Shown here piece after piece: positions 37,696 through 51,045 of a DNA stretch of 64,000 nucleotides. Source of the DNA: Bispira polyomma (lineage: Eukaryota). The stretch's first letter is position 1; every line of letters begins with the position of its first letter. The DNA is taken from positions 76,632,001 through 76,696,000 of the forward strand of contig OZ287751.1 in assembly GCA_965649765.1 (NCBI GenBank). The letters run 5' to 3'. The position numbers and the translations under genes are program-made. Below the pieces are notes generated by a model. That model did no database searches, was not told where the DNA came from, and was given only the letters and a program-made list of their open reading frames with translations.

Positions 37696-39174
37696 ATTTA
37701 CAAATTAGATTACAAATTTCATTGACCTTTGCACTTTATCTGACTGTTCCCTGTAATTTACATGCTAAAATGTTAATAATCATGATATAAAATAACTTCT
37801 ATTTTAACAACAATTGTATAACAAATGGTATTATCCCTGTGCACTTACCCATTTTTGGATTGTATCCTTTCACACTAAGGTTCTCTGAAATGTACATGCA
37901 AGCTATGGTCTCCAATAAAAAATACAATCCTATCCTATTCTCCAATGAACATCTTCCAATGAAAGAGAACAAAGAAATAATAAGTGACAAAAATGTTCTG
38001 AAATTTATCAAAATTATTTATCCGATTCGTGTTAAAATATTGGTAGCAATATAGTTGCCTGCTCCACATCTCCCCCAAAAAGTTGAAGTAAAATACTACT
38101 TGAGATATCTTCACTGTCATATTTACCCTTACTATAGGTTATGTTGTTGGTGAAAAGCAATTCAAGAGCAGGTTGCAGCAAATTCAAAGCCCTTAATTAA
38201 TTATCACAGTCTACAACACATCTTGATGCAAATCAAATATTGGAACAACAAGTTGTCTTGCCTGAAAATTAAAGCCATAGCCAGAATTACGGGCATCCAT
38301 ACTTTCAATCACAAATTTTGTAATTTGGGGTATATAACTGTTGTTTTTCTAAACTTAACCATATACTACATCTTTGGCAATACACGTACTGCAAATACAG
38401 AAATTGTAGACAGGGCCACTTAAACGTGCATAATTTCAGATCAGCATTTCAAACAGAACTGCAACATTTATTCATGACTAAACGACCCACCATTCTGAGA
38501 ATGGACATTGAATTTGAGTTTAATCACAAATGTTTCCTTTACGTCGTCCCGTACAACCGGAAGTTTATTTTCTTAAACGCACGTTTTGACATCATTCCGC
38601 AAGGTGTATATACGGGTTCTAATGTGGCCTGCTTTGATTTCCCTTGCCCCCCTCTAAACACACAACATTACCACGTGTACCAGGTCCCACGTAATCAGAG
38701 TTATTGTATATCTCAAAGACGACTGACCAGTGACGTCACGGTTTATTTTCGTGTATATTTAACCTTTGTTCAGTAGTAACAATTACACGTGATAATTATG
38801 TTTATATGCTTATATTTTATCTGAATATTGTGTTTAAAACAAAACTGTTCACCATGCATGTTTCACTTAGTATGGTTGCACATTCCCCATGCAGCAAGCA
38901 AGACATATTGGCTATTTCAGGTTATGTCTTTACCTTGTTCACCATAAATCTTGTAACCCTTTAGACCGAAATCAAATGCTGTTAGTAGGGTGAAGACTAA
39001 AAGTTTTTCTACCTCACAATCTCCGGAATTAATCAGTACTATACATTACCAAAACATACACCCGTCTCTGAGACACAAACCCCGTCGAGAATGCCGTAAT
39101 ATGTGTAATAAGTCATGAAATTATTGATGTCTTATAAATACAGTTGACCAAAACTATTCAAATGTGAAACTTTT

Positions 39175-39960
39175 AAAAGTTTTATTTATTTCAAAATCCA
39201 TTATTCGTCCTCACATTTTAATGACAAGATAGTCTTAGTAAATTATAAGATACAAGATACAGCATATGTTCCATTGGCTTTAACCGCCCAAAAAGTGAGA
39301 AGTTGTTCATACAACTTTGTCTTAATCCTAGCTCCCTTCTGTGAATGTCATTCTAGTCGAATCTTACGTAACACCTCTGTTCCACTATGCTAATCGAAGC
39401 CTCCGATAATTACAACTATGGGCTCGGGCCATCCTTAGGGACATAATCGTGGAGGTTGTTGTAGTGGTGCGGCTTATCTTTGGTACTCTGGGTCATGTTT
39501 TTAAACCTTTACAACTTGGTAACCATCGACCAAGCAAGTTGGTGACCATCAACCAATAAGTCATGCTCACTCAGGGTCACTCGTAACCTTCCCACAATTT
39601 ATTTTTCCATCCAACGACTTATATTTATTCAGTTGGCCCCTCTCAGGACCTAAATCACTAAAAAATTCATCCATCCACATTCAAACATATCTTCCCATCA
39701 GTAACGATAAGTCAGGGTCATAACGACTTATCCTTCCGCTCCCCCAAATTATCGAGTCATGTGCCAACAATACATAGTTTGAAAGGACCTGATTGAAAGG
39801 ATAACTCCAAAAGACAAGTTGTTGGAAAGGCCCCAAGTGAAAGGATAACTCGCTGGTGACAGCGATAACTTGGGCTTGAAATCTGATTTGTAAAAAAAAG
39901 CTCTCATGACGAGAGGCAAACTGCCCAATTTGAGATTTCAAATGTTGGACGAGTAAGTTG
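39175..39960 (-). mobile_element. Probable highly decayed L1/Tx1-clade LINE 3' portion
   Basis: Minus-strand broken frames (IIWGSGRI, WEDMFECGW..F.DL, LRMARAH.CNYR, LRKIRLE*...FWAV) loosely follow the L1/Tx1 ORF2 C-terminal pattern. AATAAA on the minus strand at ~39181. Confidence 0.4.
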
Positions 39961-40167
39961 TAGTGTCTGGTGTCACAATTTTGACACAGGGTGTTTATAA
40001 TTAATGTGGCACACCTGTTTAACAGGTATTAAACCATGCAGGTCATAATATGCTTTTCAAGTTGGGTAAAACATTTCTGACATATATATATATATGTATA
40101 GAATACAAATTAATATTTTTTTGAAAGATCGCAACTAAGTTCTGTTGTGCACCATCCATTTTTGATT

Positions 40168-40410
40168 GGGGACCTGGGTGGTGTAATTAACACACTCGCC
40201 TCCCACCTCTACAGTCGTGGGTTTGAATCTTGGCCCTGGCATGTATTTAGGAAAGTGGGCAGTAGACTTGCAGATGGTGGGTAGTTTGCATCACAGAAAA
40301 TTACATTGACAACTATACTGTGCTCTGATTTTCTCCGCTAATGAACTGCCTGTGTTGTGATATGACACAAGATGGGTTGAACTTGTTTTAAAAAGTAATT
40401 AAACAACAAT
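40168..40410 (+). mobile_element. tRNA-derived SINE, family A
   Basis: ggggacctgggtggtgtaattaacacactcgcctccca...gggtttgaatc (B box)...gcagtagacttgc...ctctgattttctcc...gatatgacacaagatgggttgaa. Confidence 0.75.
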
Positions 40411-41393
40411 GCCTATTTTTCTGAATATGATTTGAAGTTCAATTTAACTTAACTATATTTTAAGATAAAAGTGATAAAAAGTCATTAGAACAATGCTTCG
40501 GCATTTATTATTAACTACACCAGTGAAACAATGGACACTTTCTTAGCCTCTGACCAAGAGCACTTGAAATGTGTAGGAGGCAGAGGGTTAAATGAAGGGA
40601 GCATGAATAAGCTCGTGTGTTTTTTTATCCCCCACACAGGGATCCAGCAAACGATAAGAGTATGACACATCTATAAAGCTTCTCTCTTAAAGAAAGTTGT
40701 TTTTGTTAAAGACAGACCATATAATCTGACCATTATCCCTTCTTCTTAGTTTGATGGTAAAATTTGATTTTCCTTGAAACACCTTGTAATAAACACGCGG
40801 CATTTGACAGATTGATAATAGCTTAATCCACCCGGAAGTGCTTTGTGAACTTCTCACTCGCCGAGGTTAATTTCACAGCGATAAATCAAGGTTAACACGA
40901 TGAGTCTTGTGTCTTGTTTGTTTGTAAGAAAGACATATAACATTGGAAAATTGTCAGTTGGGGTGTGTTTACGTCTAAACACGTGGGCGGAAGATGTACC
41001 CCTTTTATTGATGTTGTTTTCTTCATCAGTTTGACTGTGCTTTTTAGTATGTTCTTTTGTTTTACTGGTAATTAATTCAAAATCGAGCTTTTGCAATCCA
41101 ATCTAGATGTAGCACCAGTTTTAACCTATCCGGTTAATTAATGTTCTTTATTTTAGTTACAATCAATGTGTTTCCTGTCTATTGCTACTCCTGGGTTTTT
41201 TATCAGTCTCAGCCGGACATTGTTTTCATTTTAAAAAGGGGTGCCGCCATCTTAGAAAAGGGCGTATACTTCTTATAAATAATTTGTAAGGCATTTGTGG
41301 ATTAGTTGGAAGCAACCAACCCGTCTAAAATGACAGGTGTCAGAGTATATGTAGTGGTCATGTCAAAGTTAGTGTAGTTAGTGTAATTTACAG

Positions 41394-41735
41394 TGAGGTC
41401 CCTGCGGCCTAGCAGTTACAGTGTGAAACTTGGGATCTGAGGGTTCAGGTTCAATCCTCGCAGCAGCAAGGCCAGGAGATTGTATCATTATACAAGGTGT
41501 TTTATTCAAATTTGTCTCTCTCTACCCAGGTGTATAAATGGGTACCTGGCCACTAATGGGTGTTAGCCTTTGTGGGTCGTATGTGGCAGCACAACTGGTA
41601 TGCTTCACGGAGGAGCTTAGACTGAACAAGTGGTGGAAAAGTGGAAGAACCCAGACTGTGTGTACAGTGTAAACTGTAAAGTTGGATGAGACCTCAACAG
41701 AGGTGATATAACACTATAAACCTACATACACACAT
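41394..41735 (+). mobile_element. CORE-domain-like tRNA-derived SINE, family B, near full length
   Basis: A box gcggcctagcagtta, B box ggttcaatcc, CORE-like ctctacccaggtgtataaatgggtacc, tail gtaaag...gtgatataacactataaacctacatac. Confidence 0.8.
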
Positions 41736-44700
41736 ACTGTGTCGTTTTTTAAAAGAAGACAACTCTAGTTTATAATATAAATACTAGTGTCATTCTTGAA
41801 ACTTTACTTGTAGATACTGCAGGGGAACTATTTTTCACTATTTTGTGTGTGTGTCAACTTCTCCAAATATCTCATCGAAGGTTTAAGTCTGTCAACTTTT
41901 ATAAAGTCTTCGTCTTAGAAATGTATATATATATATAAAAACAGACTTCATATAAACAGCAAGCCCCACAATTAAAGGAAATGTCCCCCAGAGGCATATG
42001 CACGTTCCATCCAATTATCTATAATAAAATGTGCTGTTTTGCATTATAAAATGTGGATCACCAAAGTCACTAACTATATATGTGGTTTGTGTGGGCCACT
42101 CCTGAATTATACATTTGGAACTTATAAGTAGCAAACCAAAGGAAATAAGCTAATTTACCGAATATCTCTCAATTGATTATAAAATCCCCACCAGTGCCAC
42201 ATTATTAAAAAATTAACTCATATTTTTTTTAAAGGGTGACTCTTCTTTCACTAAAAACTCTATATAACATTAACACCTTCAAAGCTCAAAGGAAAAAGCT
42301 GAGGAAAAAATTTTGAAATAACTTAATTTCTTTCATATACGTCATCAATAAGGATTTTTGGACAGAAAAAAAATGGAGGTCGATTAATTGAGGGACCACC
42401 ATTGACGACGAAATTCTATAATAATCTTTGGCATACCTGTTGGTTATTTATTTGCTATTAAGACTGGTGGTTATCATAAAATCCCAACAGAGTAATTGTT
42501 ACCGCCCGTTACATCAAAGCAGGGGCCGTCTGCTGTATGGATGTTCTCTTCAAGACAGTTCTTGACACTTCCCCGTGAAAACATAGTCTTTAAAATATCA
42601 TTGAATTTGCCATTAGCGTGCCATATACGTGAAAGCTGAATAGGCTCTAACTTTTAGTATTATATATATGACCAGGCATTAGACATGTAGCATTAATGTC
42701 AGTTGAACAATTTAAAAGCATTTTCTTGTGCCAAGTTTTGCAAATGTGCAACTTATAATAAACATTATATGTAAGAGAGTAGTATAAAAAAACAAAAACA
42801 ATGTGTGTTGTGCGCAGAAAAGTTTTCAATAAATATAACCAGAGAAACTAAATAGTATACACTAGATAATTAATTAATTGTACTTCTAATGTCATTGACC
42901 TAGATTGTGATATTTTTCTGGATTATTTACTTAAGCAAAATCCTTGAATTTGGGCATCAGTGTTCTTTTCTGACGTGTTATATTCAAATATCCCAATATT
43001 ATCTTATTGGTTATTTGATGACCAGAATTGTCCCACTTTTTGGGTGTTATAAAAAAAAATGAAACCAATTAAAATTGAGACCATAAAAGACGGTTTATTA
43101 AAAAAAGAGAAAAAATAGACTTAATCAGATCTTTGTTTTTTACATTGTGAAGAATGAGAGATATTATTATATGATGTTATTACTCCATTACATAACTATA
43201 CAATCACCAGCCTGGTTTGGTCTATCCCATAATGAGTTCGCATGTGTCTAGTTTCACAGATCAAGCAAATAAAACCTTGTAAGTGGAGGTCTTGTTAATG
43301 CTGGGTTGTATTTGAAATCAAACGACCATATTGTCTTCTAGGGAGGTCCTGTGTCTCGAAATGGGTTCTTTTTTTAAATATGGCAGTATTCTCTTTAATT
43401 TCTGAATAAGTGGTTTTCCCTTAATCTGTTTTTTTATTATCAAACAGGGAATACACATACTCGTAGATAAATATTTCATTTATAATTGGCAAAACCACAT
43501 GGACCACAGAAAGGTTTCAATGAGAGAAGTGGTACAAATTTGTTGAACTGATTGAAAAAATCTTTCATGGTGAATTTTAATATCTCTTTTGGTCTTCTTA
43601 GTTTAATTATATACCCAGAATTGTTTGTAGTGGTGCACCAAGGAAAACATTTTAATAGGCAGTTTGATCAGTTATATACCGACACAAAGAAGTATGGTAT
43701 ACACAGTTGGAGAATTCATAAAAAAAAAAAAAAATCATTTTTCATTGTATTCAAATTTTGTTGAATTATACTATATGAAGCTGTATTTCTTGTCCACAAC
43801 ACCCTAAGACAATGATACATGGAATGCATTTGTGTACCTTTATCTATCGTGCAAAGTGCTAATAAACATGCTCTTTACTGCCCAAGTACAGCTAACAAGC
43901 ACCAGTAACTGTCATTCTCCCAACATTAATTCACTACTATTTTACTCGAATTATAACAACCAAATTTTGGTAAATGTAAAGGATTTTAATACAAATTAGG
44001 TAATGACTGCTTGATAAGCAATTTTAATACAATGAAATATGTTTTTTATGAATTTTCCAACAGTGTATACCTATACTCATTTGTGTCAGTATATAACTGA
44101 TGAAACTGCAATTTAGTTTTTATTTTACTTGGGCAGTGAAAAATCTTTACCTTTCTATGGACCAATAAACAATTATCTTTCACCTTTGTAACAATTTCTG
44201 CACATGACATACAAATTATACAGATTCCAGATACTCAATAGCAGGATAAGAAACTACCAGCCTTTATTTCAATACAAAACTACTGAAGATCGAGACATGA
44301 GGATGACAAGTTACCAATCTCCCCAATGATCTTTAGTCTGTCACTGGGGGCAGGACATAATGACAAAGGACCACCATTTTTCTGTGGTCATTTGAGCTAC
44401 TATGTATCTGCCTGTACCTGGTTGCCCCAAGCTGGTGTAAAACCCAGGACCCATACGCATATTCTCAAAAGAAACTCAGACTCAACTTACAGGAAGGCTA
44501 TGTGGCAATCCTTGTACATAGAAGTAACTCATGCTTCTGATAATTGTAGCACTAAATTAATATGTGCAGTCAGATTTTAATTTATACCACTCTAGCTAGA
44601 GATTCAGATACTTTGGATTTAAGTTTGAGTTGAACTTGAGATCTTTCAAGAATACAGCTCCTAGAAATCAATCCTAAATCATTGGATCAAATGATATTTA

Positions 44701-45499
44701 AATTAGAATTGATTTCTAGAAAGTCAAAGCTGTCTATTTTATTGGTTTGTGGTTGCAGTTCATCTTGTGTGTGTATTATATATCCACTTAAAAACAAGCT
44801 ACATTTTAGCAGTGTATTGTGCGGTGTTAGCCATCTTAAATTTTATGATATTATACCATATCACCATACATATATCCATACAAAAAAGCATGACAATTAA
44901 ATTACAGTTCTAAAAACAAATTATTCTCACACAAAGAAAGTGACAGCTTGATAAAGAACTCCCTTTTATATTTCTGGAAAAGTAGGTTGTTAATGCCTAA
45001 ATACTGATATTAATGTTAAGTGATACACTGTTTCTAAATCAGAGGATATTTGGAAAAATACCCATACATGCAATAAATTTCGGTGCTGTTGCTTTAGCAT
45101 CCAAAAAATATGTACAAAATATTTGGATAATCTCTGCAAATTATTGTAAAGCTTTTCCTGCGAACTCTAACACATCTATTTTAATCGATACTAAGGCAGA
45201 TTGCCACGTTAATAAAAAAATGTTTCTACTTTACACCCAAAAATTGCTTAATTTTATTTTGTGGAAAATTTTTTTCGTATCTATAAAGTTAAAAAAAAAC
45301 ATGATCTATGTGCTAATTAAGTAATTATAGTTGATAATGGGTTTTGAAAAATAAAGTTAAAAAAAAATCGCCAAAAAAACAAACAAACCATCTTTAGCTG
45401 AAGAGTCGTTTTGATTAATAAGGCTCTGTTGTTTAATTTGAAACTGTATTGCATTTAAATAGTTTATGGTAAATGTGTATGATAGTGATAGTTGCCTAA

Positions 45500-45616
45500 T
45501 CGTAAACTTTGTGACACCAATCAAACCGCGCTTTTTTACGGGATAAGCAATAGAAAGAACCCGGAAATAAGTTATGATTTGATATGCGGATGTTAGTTTG
45601 TGTATCGCGAAAAACA
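45500..45616 (+). promoter_or_regulatory. Probable TATA-less promoter/5' UTR of the copine gene
   Basis: CpG-containing patch directly upstream of the ATG, with CCAAT (45517), an ETS-like CCGGAA (45561) and TCGCGA (45605). Confidence 0.45.
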
Positions 45617-45699
45617 ATGACAGCTCCTCCACCACAATCTTTTCAGCCTGGCGCAGCTGCTGTACCAGCCACACAAGTAGAAATCAGTGTATCAGCCAG
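45617..45699 (+). CDS. CPNE8: Copine (CPNE5/8/9-like), exon 1
   Basis: MTAPPPQSFQPGAAAVPATQVEISVSA(R), donor AG|gttaat. Matches CPNE8 IPATRVEVSVSCR. Confidence 0.88.
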
Positions 45700-48600
45700 G
45701 TTAATATATGTATATTGGTTGTCAGATACGTCTGAGACATTTTGACACTCATTTTCTTTAATTATCGTATAGACGTATATTATCGCCCACATTGACCAAA
45801 TTTTCCCCAAAAATTCTGCTTGGATAGCAATATTATAGACCGTATACCAATCATAGTTACCCTGAATATAATGGTAATTTCTTCATCAGTAAATATGAAA
45901 TTGTCTATGTTTTATTGTGTATTTATTTCAATTGTGATCTTTTTTTTCTGACATTGATTAACAATTAAGCAATTATATAATACTGTCATGAAATAATGAA
46001 ATTTGTGTTAGAAAACTAGGGGTGTCCATAATTCTTGCTGTGACCATAATTGCTTGGCAAGCAGTATGAAATTGCAAGCAGTAGAAATTTGGGTCCCTGA
46101 ATGCAAGTGTGGGTGTTTAAATTGTGTCCCCAAGGATTTTAATGAAATAAAAGGTAAAATGAGCTTGATGTTGTGTACACCTTTCTGTCATGGCACATTC
46201 AAATTTTTGTGTCGTTGCATGTCAAATTATCAAGCAGCTAACAAAATAACACAGAATAAAATATAATAAATAGCTTGCACAATGTCTGTTGCTATAAATT
46301 AATAAAATATTCATATACACTTCCTTATAAAAAATTTGAAAGAGGGTATCAATCTGGTCACTGATCGATAAGGGAAAGTGTAATGTATCGGTTCCCCGAT
46401 CGTAAGTACAAATCTTATAGTTGTGTCCCTTATAATTATATATGTATGGGTCTTTTAGTAAAAGTACAATAATACTTCTCAAAAAATTTTATATTGTGTA
46501 TATATTCAACATCAGAACATGCACTATGTTACATCAACTACGTAAAAAGGGTAAAAATATTTGTTTATCGATCACTACTCACCTATTCGATAAATTATGC
46601 GTCAAAGCAGTTAATTATCCTTATATGGAAATTGGTATTTCTCTGTGGTCTCTACAATGACAGATTGCCTGATTTGCATAAAATCACTTAATTATTGCTC
46701 AAATACACATGCTTCTTTTCTGAGGTATACATCAGTCACAGACTCAATAAAAAACAAGATCTGCATATTTCAAAGTTAATTTATCTATTAATTGAGATAA
46801 TTGATAAGGTATTCTATATTTGGTATGTCGTTATTTTATTTCTATACAGTTATGTTTGTCTCTCTTATACTTTCATTATACGCAATTTTTATCAAATCCA
46901 TCAGCATTGTTTTTAAGGTGATACATTTTTACCAGGACTCGATTGAATAGCCGGGGACTACTACGATAGCCACTTTATAAAAATTTATATTCCTACAATA
47001 AGATACCAACTGTTTTTGGCATACCCCTTTTGTGAATACTCTTAAGTATACAATTTAGTGCAAATGGTGTAAACACACAGGGAGGAACTGTTTAGAAATA
47101 CATGAAAAAGTAGTAGAAAGGAGAGACCGCCAACGATGTGCTACATTTTATAAAATAATGAAATCAAAATAAAATATTAACTGATACACATTATATATGA
47201 GAATTTATTAAAATACCACTAAAATATTCGTTAAAGTTGGATGTATTAACATTTATTCATAATTACGAAGTGGTTAGATGTCGGGTGACAGACGTTTAAC
47301 ATTTGCAATAAACTTGGATCCTTGATGCGTAATATTTTTGTTCCACATCGGGTCCTCAAATAGGTCCTCCTTACTAGTGGTAAAATAAAACTTATAAACA
47401 AAGTGGCTATCGAAGAGGGATCTTGTATATAAAAAAGTACTAATTCAAAGCAATTGACGCATTACTGGTAAATCTGCAGGCCTTGTTTGTATTTTATTCA
47501 CGGGTGATATATAACAAAATGCAGACAGTTTAATTTCTATGGAAGTCAGTGCTTGAAAACAGGAAAGGGGGATGTTAAAAGCAATTTGCAAACTTGTCAT
47601 AAGGTACATTGACAGCAACCATCAGGAAAGCACCAAGAGACCAGTGTTATACAAAATTAGAGTTTCTGCTATGACATATTCTTTATGTATCCCAAGGACA
47701 AAATTATTTTAATATCGATCGATAACCAGACAAACCAACAAACTTGATAATAATAAAATGTAAAAGTTTGACAGAATGAAACAGGAGGTCTGAACCGCAA
47801 AATTGTTTGCAGGTGCATTTACCAGCAAAACCAGCTTTAATATGGTGCATTGTAATAAGGACAAGTGTAATAATATCTAAAACGCTGTAGGTAGAAAACT
47901 GTTGTTTAAAGTATGCCCTAACATAAAATATGTTTATTTTACACCGTCAATGTTAGAATTCAAGAATCCAAACAATAAATATTGTCAAAATCAATAAACA
48001 GTTTACCCACTAACATATATATTGGATATTTTGTCAAGACATTTAAATTTTACGGGAGGAGTAGGGTTGTGTGTAATTGAAAATTTTATGACTATATCTT
48101 TTCTGAATCTTTTATTGGATGTGATATAATCTCTTTGGACCTAATTATCATCCGCACTATTTTTGTACCATTTTTTCTTCAGCTATAATAACTGAGCCAT
48201 TACATTGCAAATTTGTTTATTTGAATGTGTTATAAACTTGTTTTGTAAAAGATAAAAAAGAGGTCAATGTTTTACAACCAGGCAAGGCCTGTATTACACA
48301 GATTCTTTTCATGTCTTTTATTTTTCAAAAGTTTTATTACTCATTCAATATATCATGGATTTTATTACACTAATAAAACCTCCCGAAAGGCTTGCATTAT
48401 TACGCCATGTTACTGCCATCAGACATGTAAATTGATTCAAAATAGTTCTCATGATTTTAGTATAGCCCATATGATACTTGTAATATTAAAATTTGCTCAG
48501 TTTTAGGTTTTCTTTTTTTTTTAAACACAACTATTGTTTATTTTGATATCTTTTGAAATGCAATATGACAAAGAGTTAACTCCTTTCTCTTATTGCGACC

Positions 48601-49370
48601 TGAGATAGTAGTCATATCCCTTGTTTTTTTCCTATGTAAAAAGGTTTACATGTTTGAGGTAATTCTGTTTAGGTTAAAACCTAAGTTTAGAATGCTGCAT
48701 TGTACAGACCGTGTTGAGGTGGTAAGAGTGATTAATTATTCAAGGTCCTGTTTTCAACAAAAATAATGGCTTGTCCATCTGTCGTGTCTGGAGGTCATTT
48801 TCAAGGTTGTGGTTTCTTTAATATTTCCCTGTTTTCAATAAAAAAGAAAAGACAGAGTAGGTGTAATTGTATGACACTGTCTGGGTACAACAATATTTGT
48901 ACATATCTTGCACAATTGCATATACTCTATAGTATTAGTATTTTGTTAAAGTTATTACTTTTCTTTACAGTAGCGGGTAATCAATATTCCTCATAATCAT
49001 TGTTCAGTCCATTTGTAGAGGGAGTGTAAAAAACTGTCTGGGGTCAATGTAGTGTGATGTGATCCACCTGTAAGAGTTTGGTGTGGCCCCATGAATTTGG
49101 GGGTCATTGCTGGGTGATATTATCACAATCAAATTTTTCATAGTGTGACACTTTTATATATTTAAGATTGTTTCTAGAATATTTCAAGTTTATTTTGTTT
49201 TATTCAGTGAGAACAAAGATTTCACTATGATTAACTTTATTTAATAAACAATTCCATAAGTAACAATTCAGTCGTTGTATTTTCACAATCTAATATTGTT
49301 CAGGTTTTGCATGAGGTGATGATATGTCTGAAATCCTGTGAAATCCTAGTTTCCCCTGTTTTTGGGGAAT

Positions 49371-49810
49371 GCTGTTCCATCGGTCAAAGCATGGGCTGTT
49401 CCAATCAGTCAAAGCCTAGGCTGTTCCATCAGTCAAACAATAGGCTGTTCTATCGGTCAAACCATAGGCTATTCCACCAGTCAAACCATAGGCTGTTCCA
49501 ATGAGTCAAAGCATAGGCTGTTCCATCAGTCCAACCATAGGCTGTTCCATCAGTCAAACTGCAAGCTGTTTCATAGGTTGAACCATAGGCTATTCCACCA
49601 GTCAAAGCATAGGCTGTTCCAATCAGTCAAAACATTGGCTGTTCCATCAGTCAAACCATAGGATGTTCCATCAGTCAAACCATAGGCTTTTTCATAGGTT
49701 GAACCATCGGCTATTCCACCAGTCAAAGCATAGGCTGTTCCATCAGTCAAACCATAGGCTGTTCTAATCAGTCAAACCATAGGCTGTTTCATCAGTTAAA
49801 CCATAGGCTG
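49371..49810. repeat. 24-bp minisatellite, ~18 units, in copine intron 1
   Basis: Unit gctgttccatcagtcaaaccatag (some 25 bp), head to tail with no spacers. Confidence 0.95.
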
Positions 49811-49914
49811 ATAGATATCTGCACATTTTTGGAGATTTACTTCTCCCTTTGTTTGAACTCAGGTCCTATTTTACCATCTTGATCTCTTCAAAATTCAAAT
49901 TTTAGCATCGACGT

Positions 49915-50200
49915 TTAATTTTTAACCCACCAGCCATATTTAGCTGAGCTTGTCATTGTCAATAGTTGTGACTGGGCGGTGGCAGCAGCGTGCATGTTAC
50001 CCTTTGTGTCAGTGCAAAAAACCAAACCTCTCGACAGATTTTTACCAAATTTGGAGATGATTACCCCATTACATCACAAATTCATTCGGTTATCACCAAT
50101 AAAAATTGGCCATGTCAACCGCTTGTTTTTTTTATTTTGACCTTTAGAATTTCAGTGTCCAGGCATAAAAAAATGTTGGAGGTAAATACATTTGCTGCAC
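49915..50200 (+). repeat. Degraded Helentron-associated-type interspersed repeat
   Basis: Starts ttttaacccacc...gcttgtcattg...ggcggtggcagcagcgtgc and contains gatttttaccaaatttgg. Resembles bivalve Helentron-derived repeats (recognition from memory). Confidence 0.35.
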
Positions 50201-50411
50201 ATCTAGTCTTCTATTATTTACAGTTACACTATTACTGTTACCTTTTTAAAAAAGCGAATGCCTTTATTTGTGTTTCATAACTTTACTTAAACATGTCCCT
50301 GTTACTTGTTTTCCATCCATACTTGGGGGCTGGGGTTTTTGCGAGCCATAGATGGCTATTTTTCTGTCAGACTCTTTAATTTTGTAATTGATTCCTGTGC
50401 TATAATTTCAG

Positions 50412-50499
50412 AAATTTAAAAGACAAAGATATCTTTTCAAAGTCTGATCCCATGTGTGTTCTCTATATGCAGGAGTTTGCGAACAATGCATTCTACGAG
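50412..50499 (+). CDS. CPNE8: Copine (CPNE5/8/9-like), exon 2, C2A domain
   Basis: Acceptor atttcag|, donor |gtatgt. Translates (R)NLKDKDIFSKSDPMCVLYMQEFANNAFYE, containing the copine DxDxFSKSDP signature. Confidence 0.93.
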
Positions 50500-50941
50500 G
50501 TATGTGCAGAGGTTTACCAGAAGGAACTTTTCTAAAAATATCAGCGGTTGAAGTAGCTGCTACTAGTTAATGTTTCCCTGCTTTAAATTCACAATTGCCA
50601 TATTTAAACATAACAATATCCTTGATCAATTTTAAGATCCTTCCATCCAGAAATACTTGTGGATGGAACTGAATCAAACTGAATGTGGTAAATTTTTTAA
50701 ACAAGAATATTATTAAAGCTAGCTGGTGTGATAAATGTGATGAACCTGAAGCTTTACTTCTTATTGACAAGTGAATGTTTTCAGAGACATGTATTGTGAG
50801 TTTGAGTTAAACTTATTACATATTAAAAGGGACTTTGTTAAAGAATTCCAAGGTTTTTCGTCAAGTCAGTCAAATGTGAGCTGTATTTACAAATACAAAC
50901 AATGATCTTGTTGAGGTTTTTTTTTTTTCTCTCTTCCTTAG

Positions 50942-51045
50942 GTTGGCAGGACAGAAATGATCAGAGACACACTTCATCCCGAATTTGTTAAGAAGTTCCT
51001 GCTGAATTACTACTTTGAACAGTCTCAAAAGCTCAAGTTTGAACT
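50942..51045 (+). CDS. CPNE8: Copine (CPNE5/8/9-like), exon 3, C2A domain
   Basis: Long polypyrimidine tract then ccttag|, donor CT|gtaagt. Translates VGRTEMIRDTLHPEFVKKFLLNYYFEQSQKLKFE(L), versus CPNE8 [35 protein letters not shown]. Confidence 0.95.

Noticed and set aside
39700-40030. Series of short hairpins and a pseudoknot-like pairing (TTGGGC/GCCCAA, TTGAAATCT/AGATTTCAA) suggesting a ribozyme or telomerase RNA
   Set aside because: No hammerhead or HDV core consensus and no telomeric template nearby. The region is better explained as a decayed LINE on the minus strand, and stems this short are expected by chance.
41394-41470. tRNA gene
   Set aside because: A and B boxes are present but there is no complete cloverleaf. 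The sequence runs into a CORE-like SINE body that has a second copy at 37470. The same applies to the heads at 12095, 40168 and 60955.
46545-48011. Larger hAT element related to the 51249 MITE (right end tttacccacta at ~48011)
   Set aside because: The left terminus and TSD could not be identified with confidence.
49307-49810. 24-bp repeats as a CRISPR array, or ORFs 49307-49504 and 49362-49661 as a repeat protein
   Set aside because: Units are contiguous with no unique spacers, there are no cas genes, and the context is a eukaryotic intron. The 25-bp units shift frame, so the ORFs are by-products of the minisatellite.
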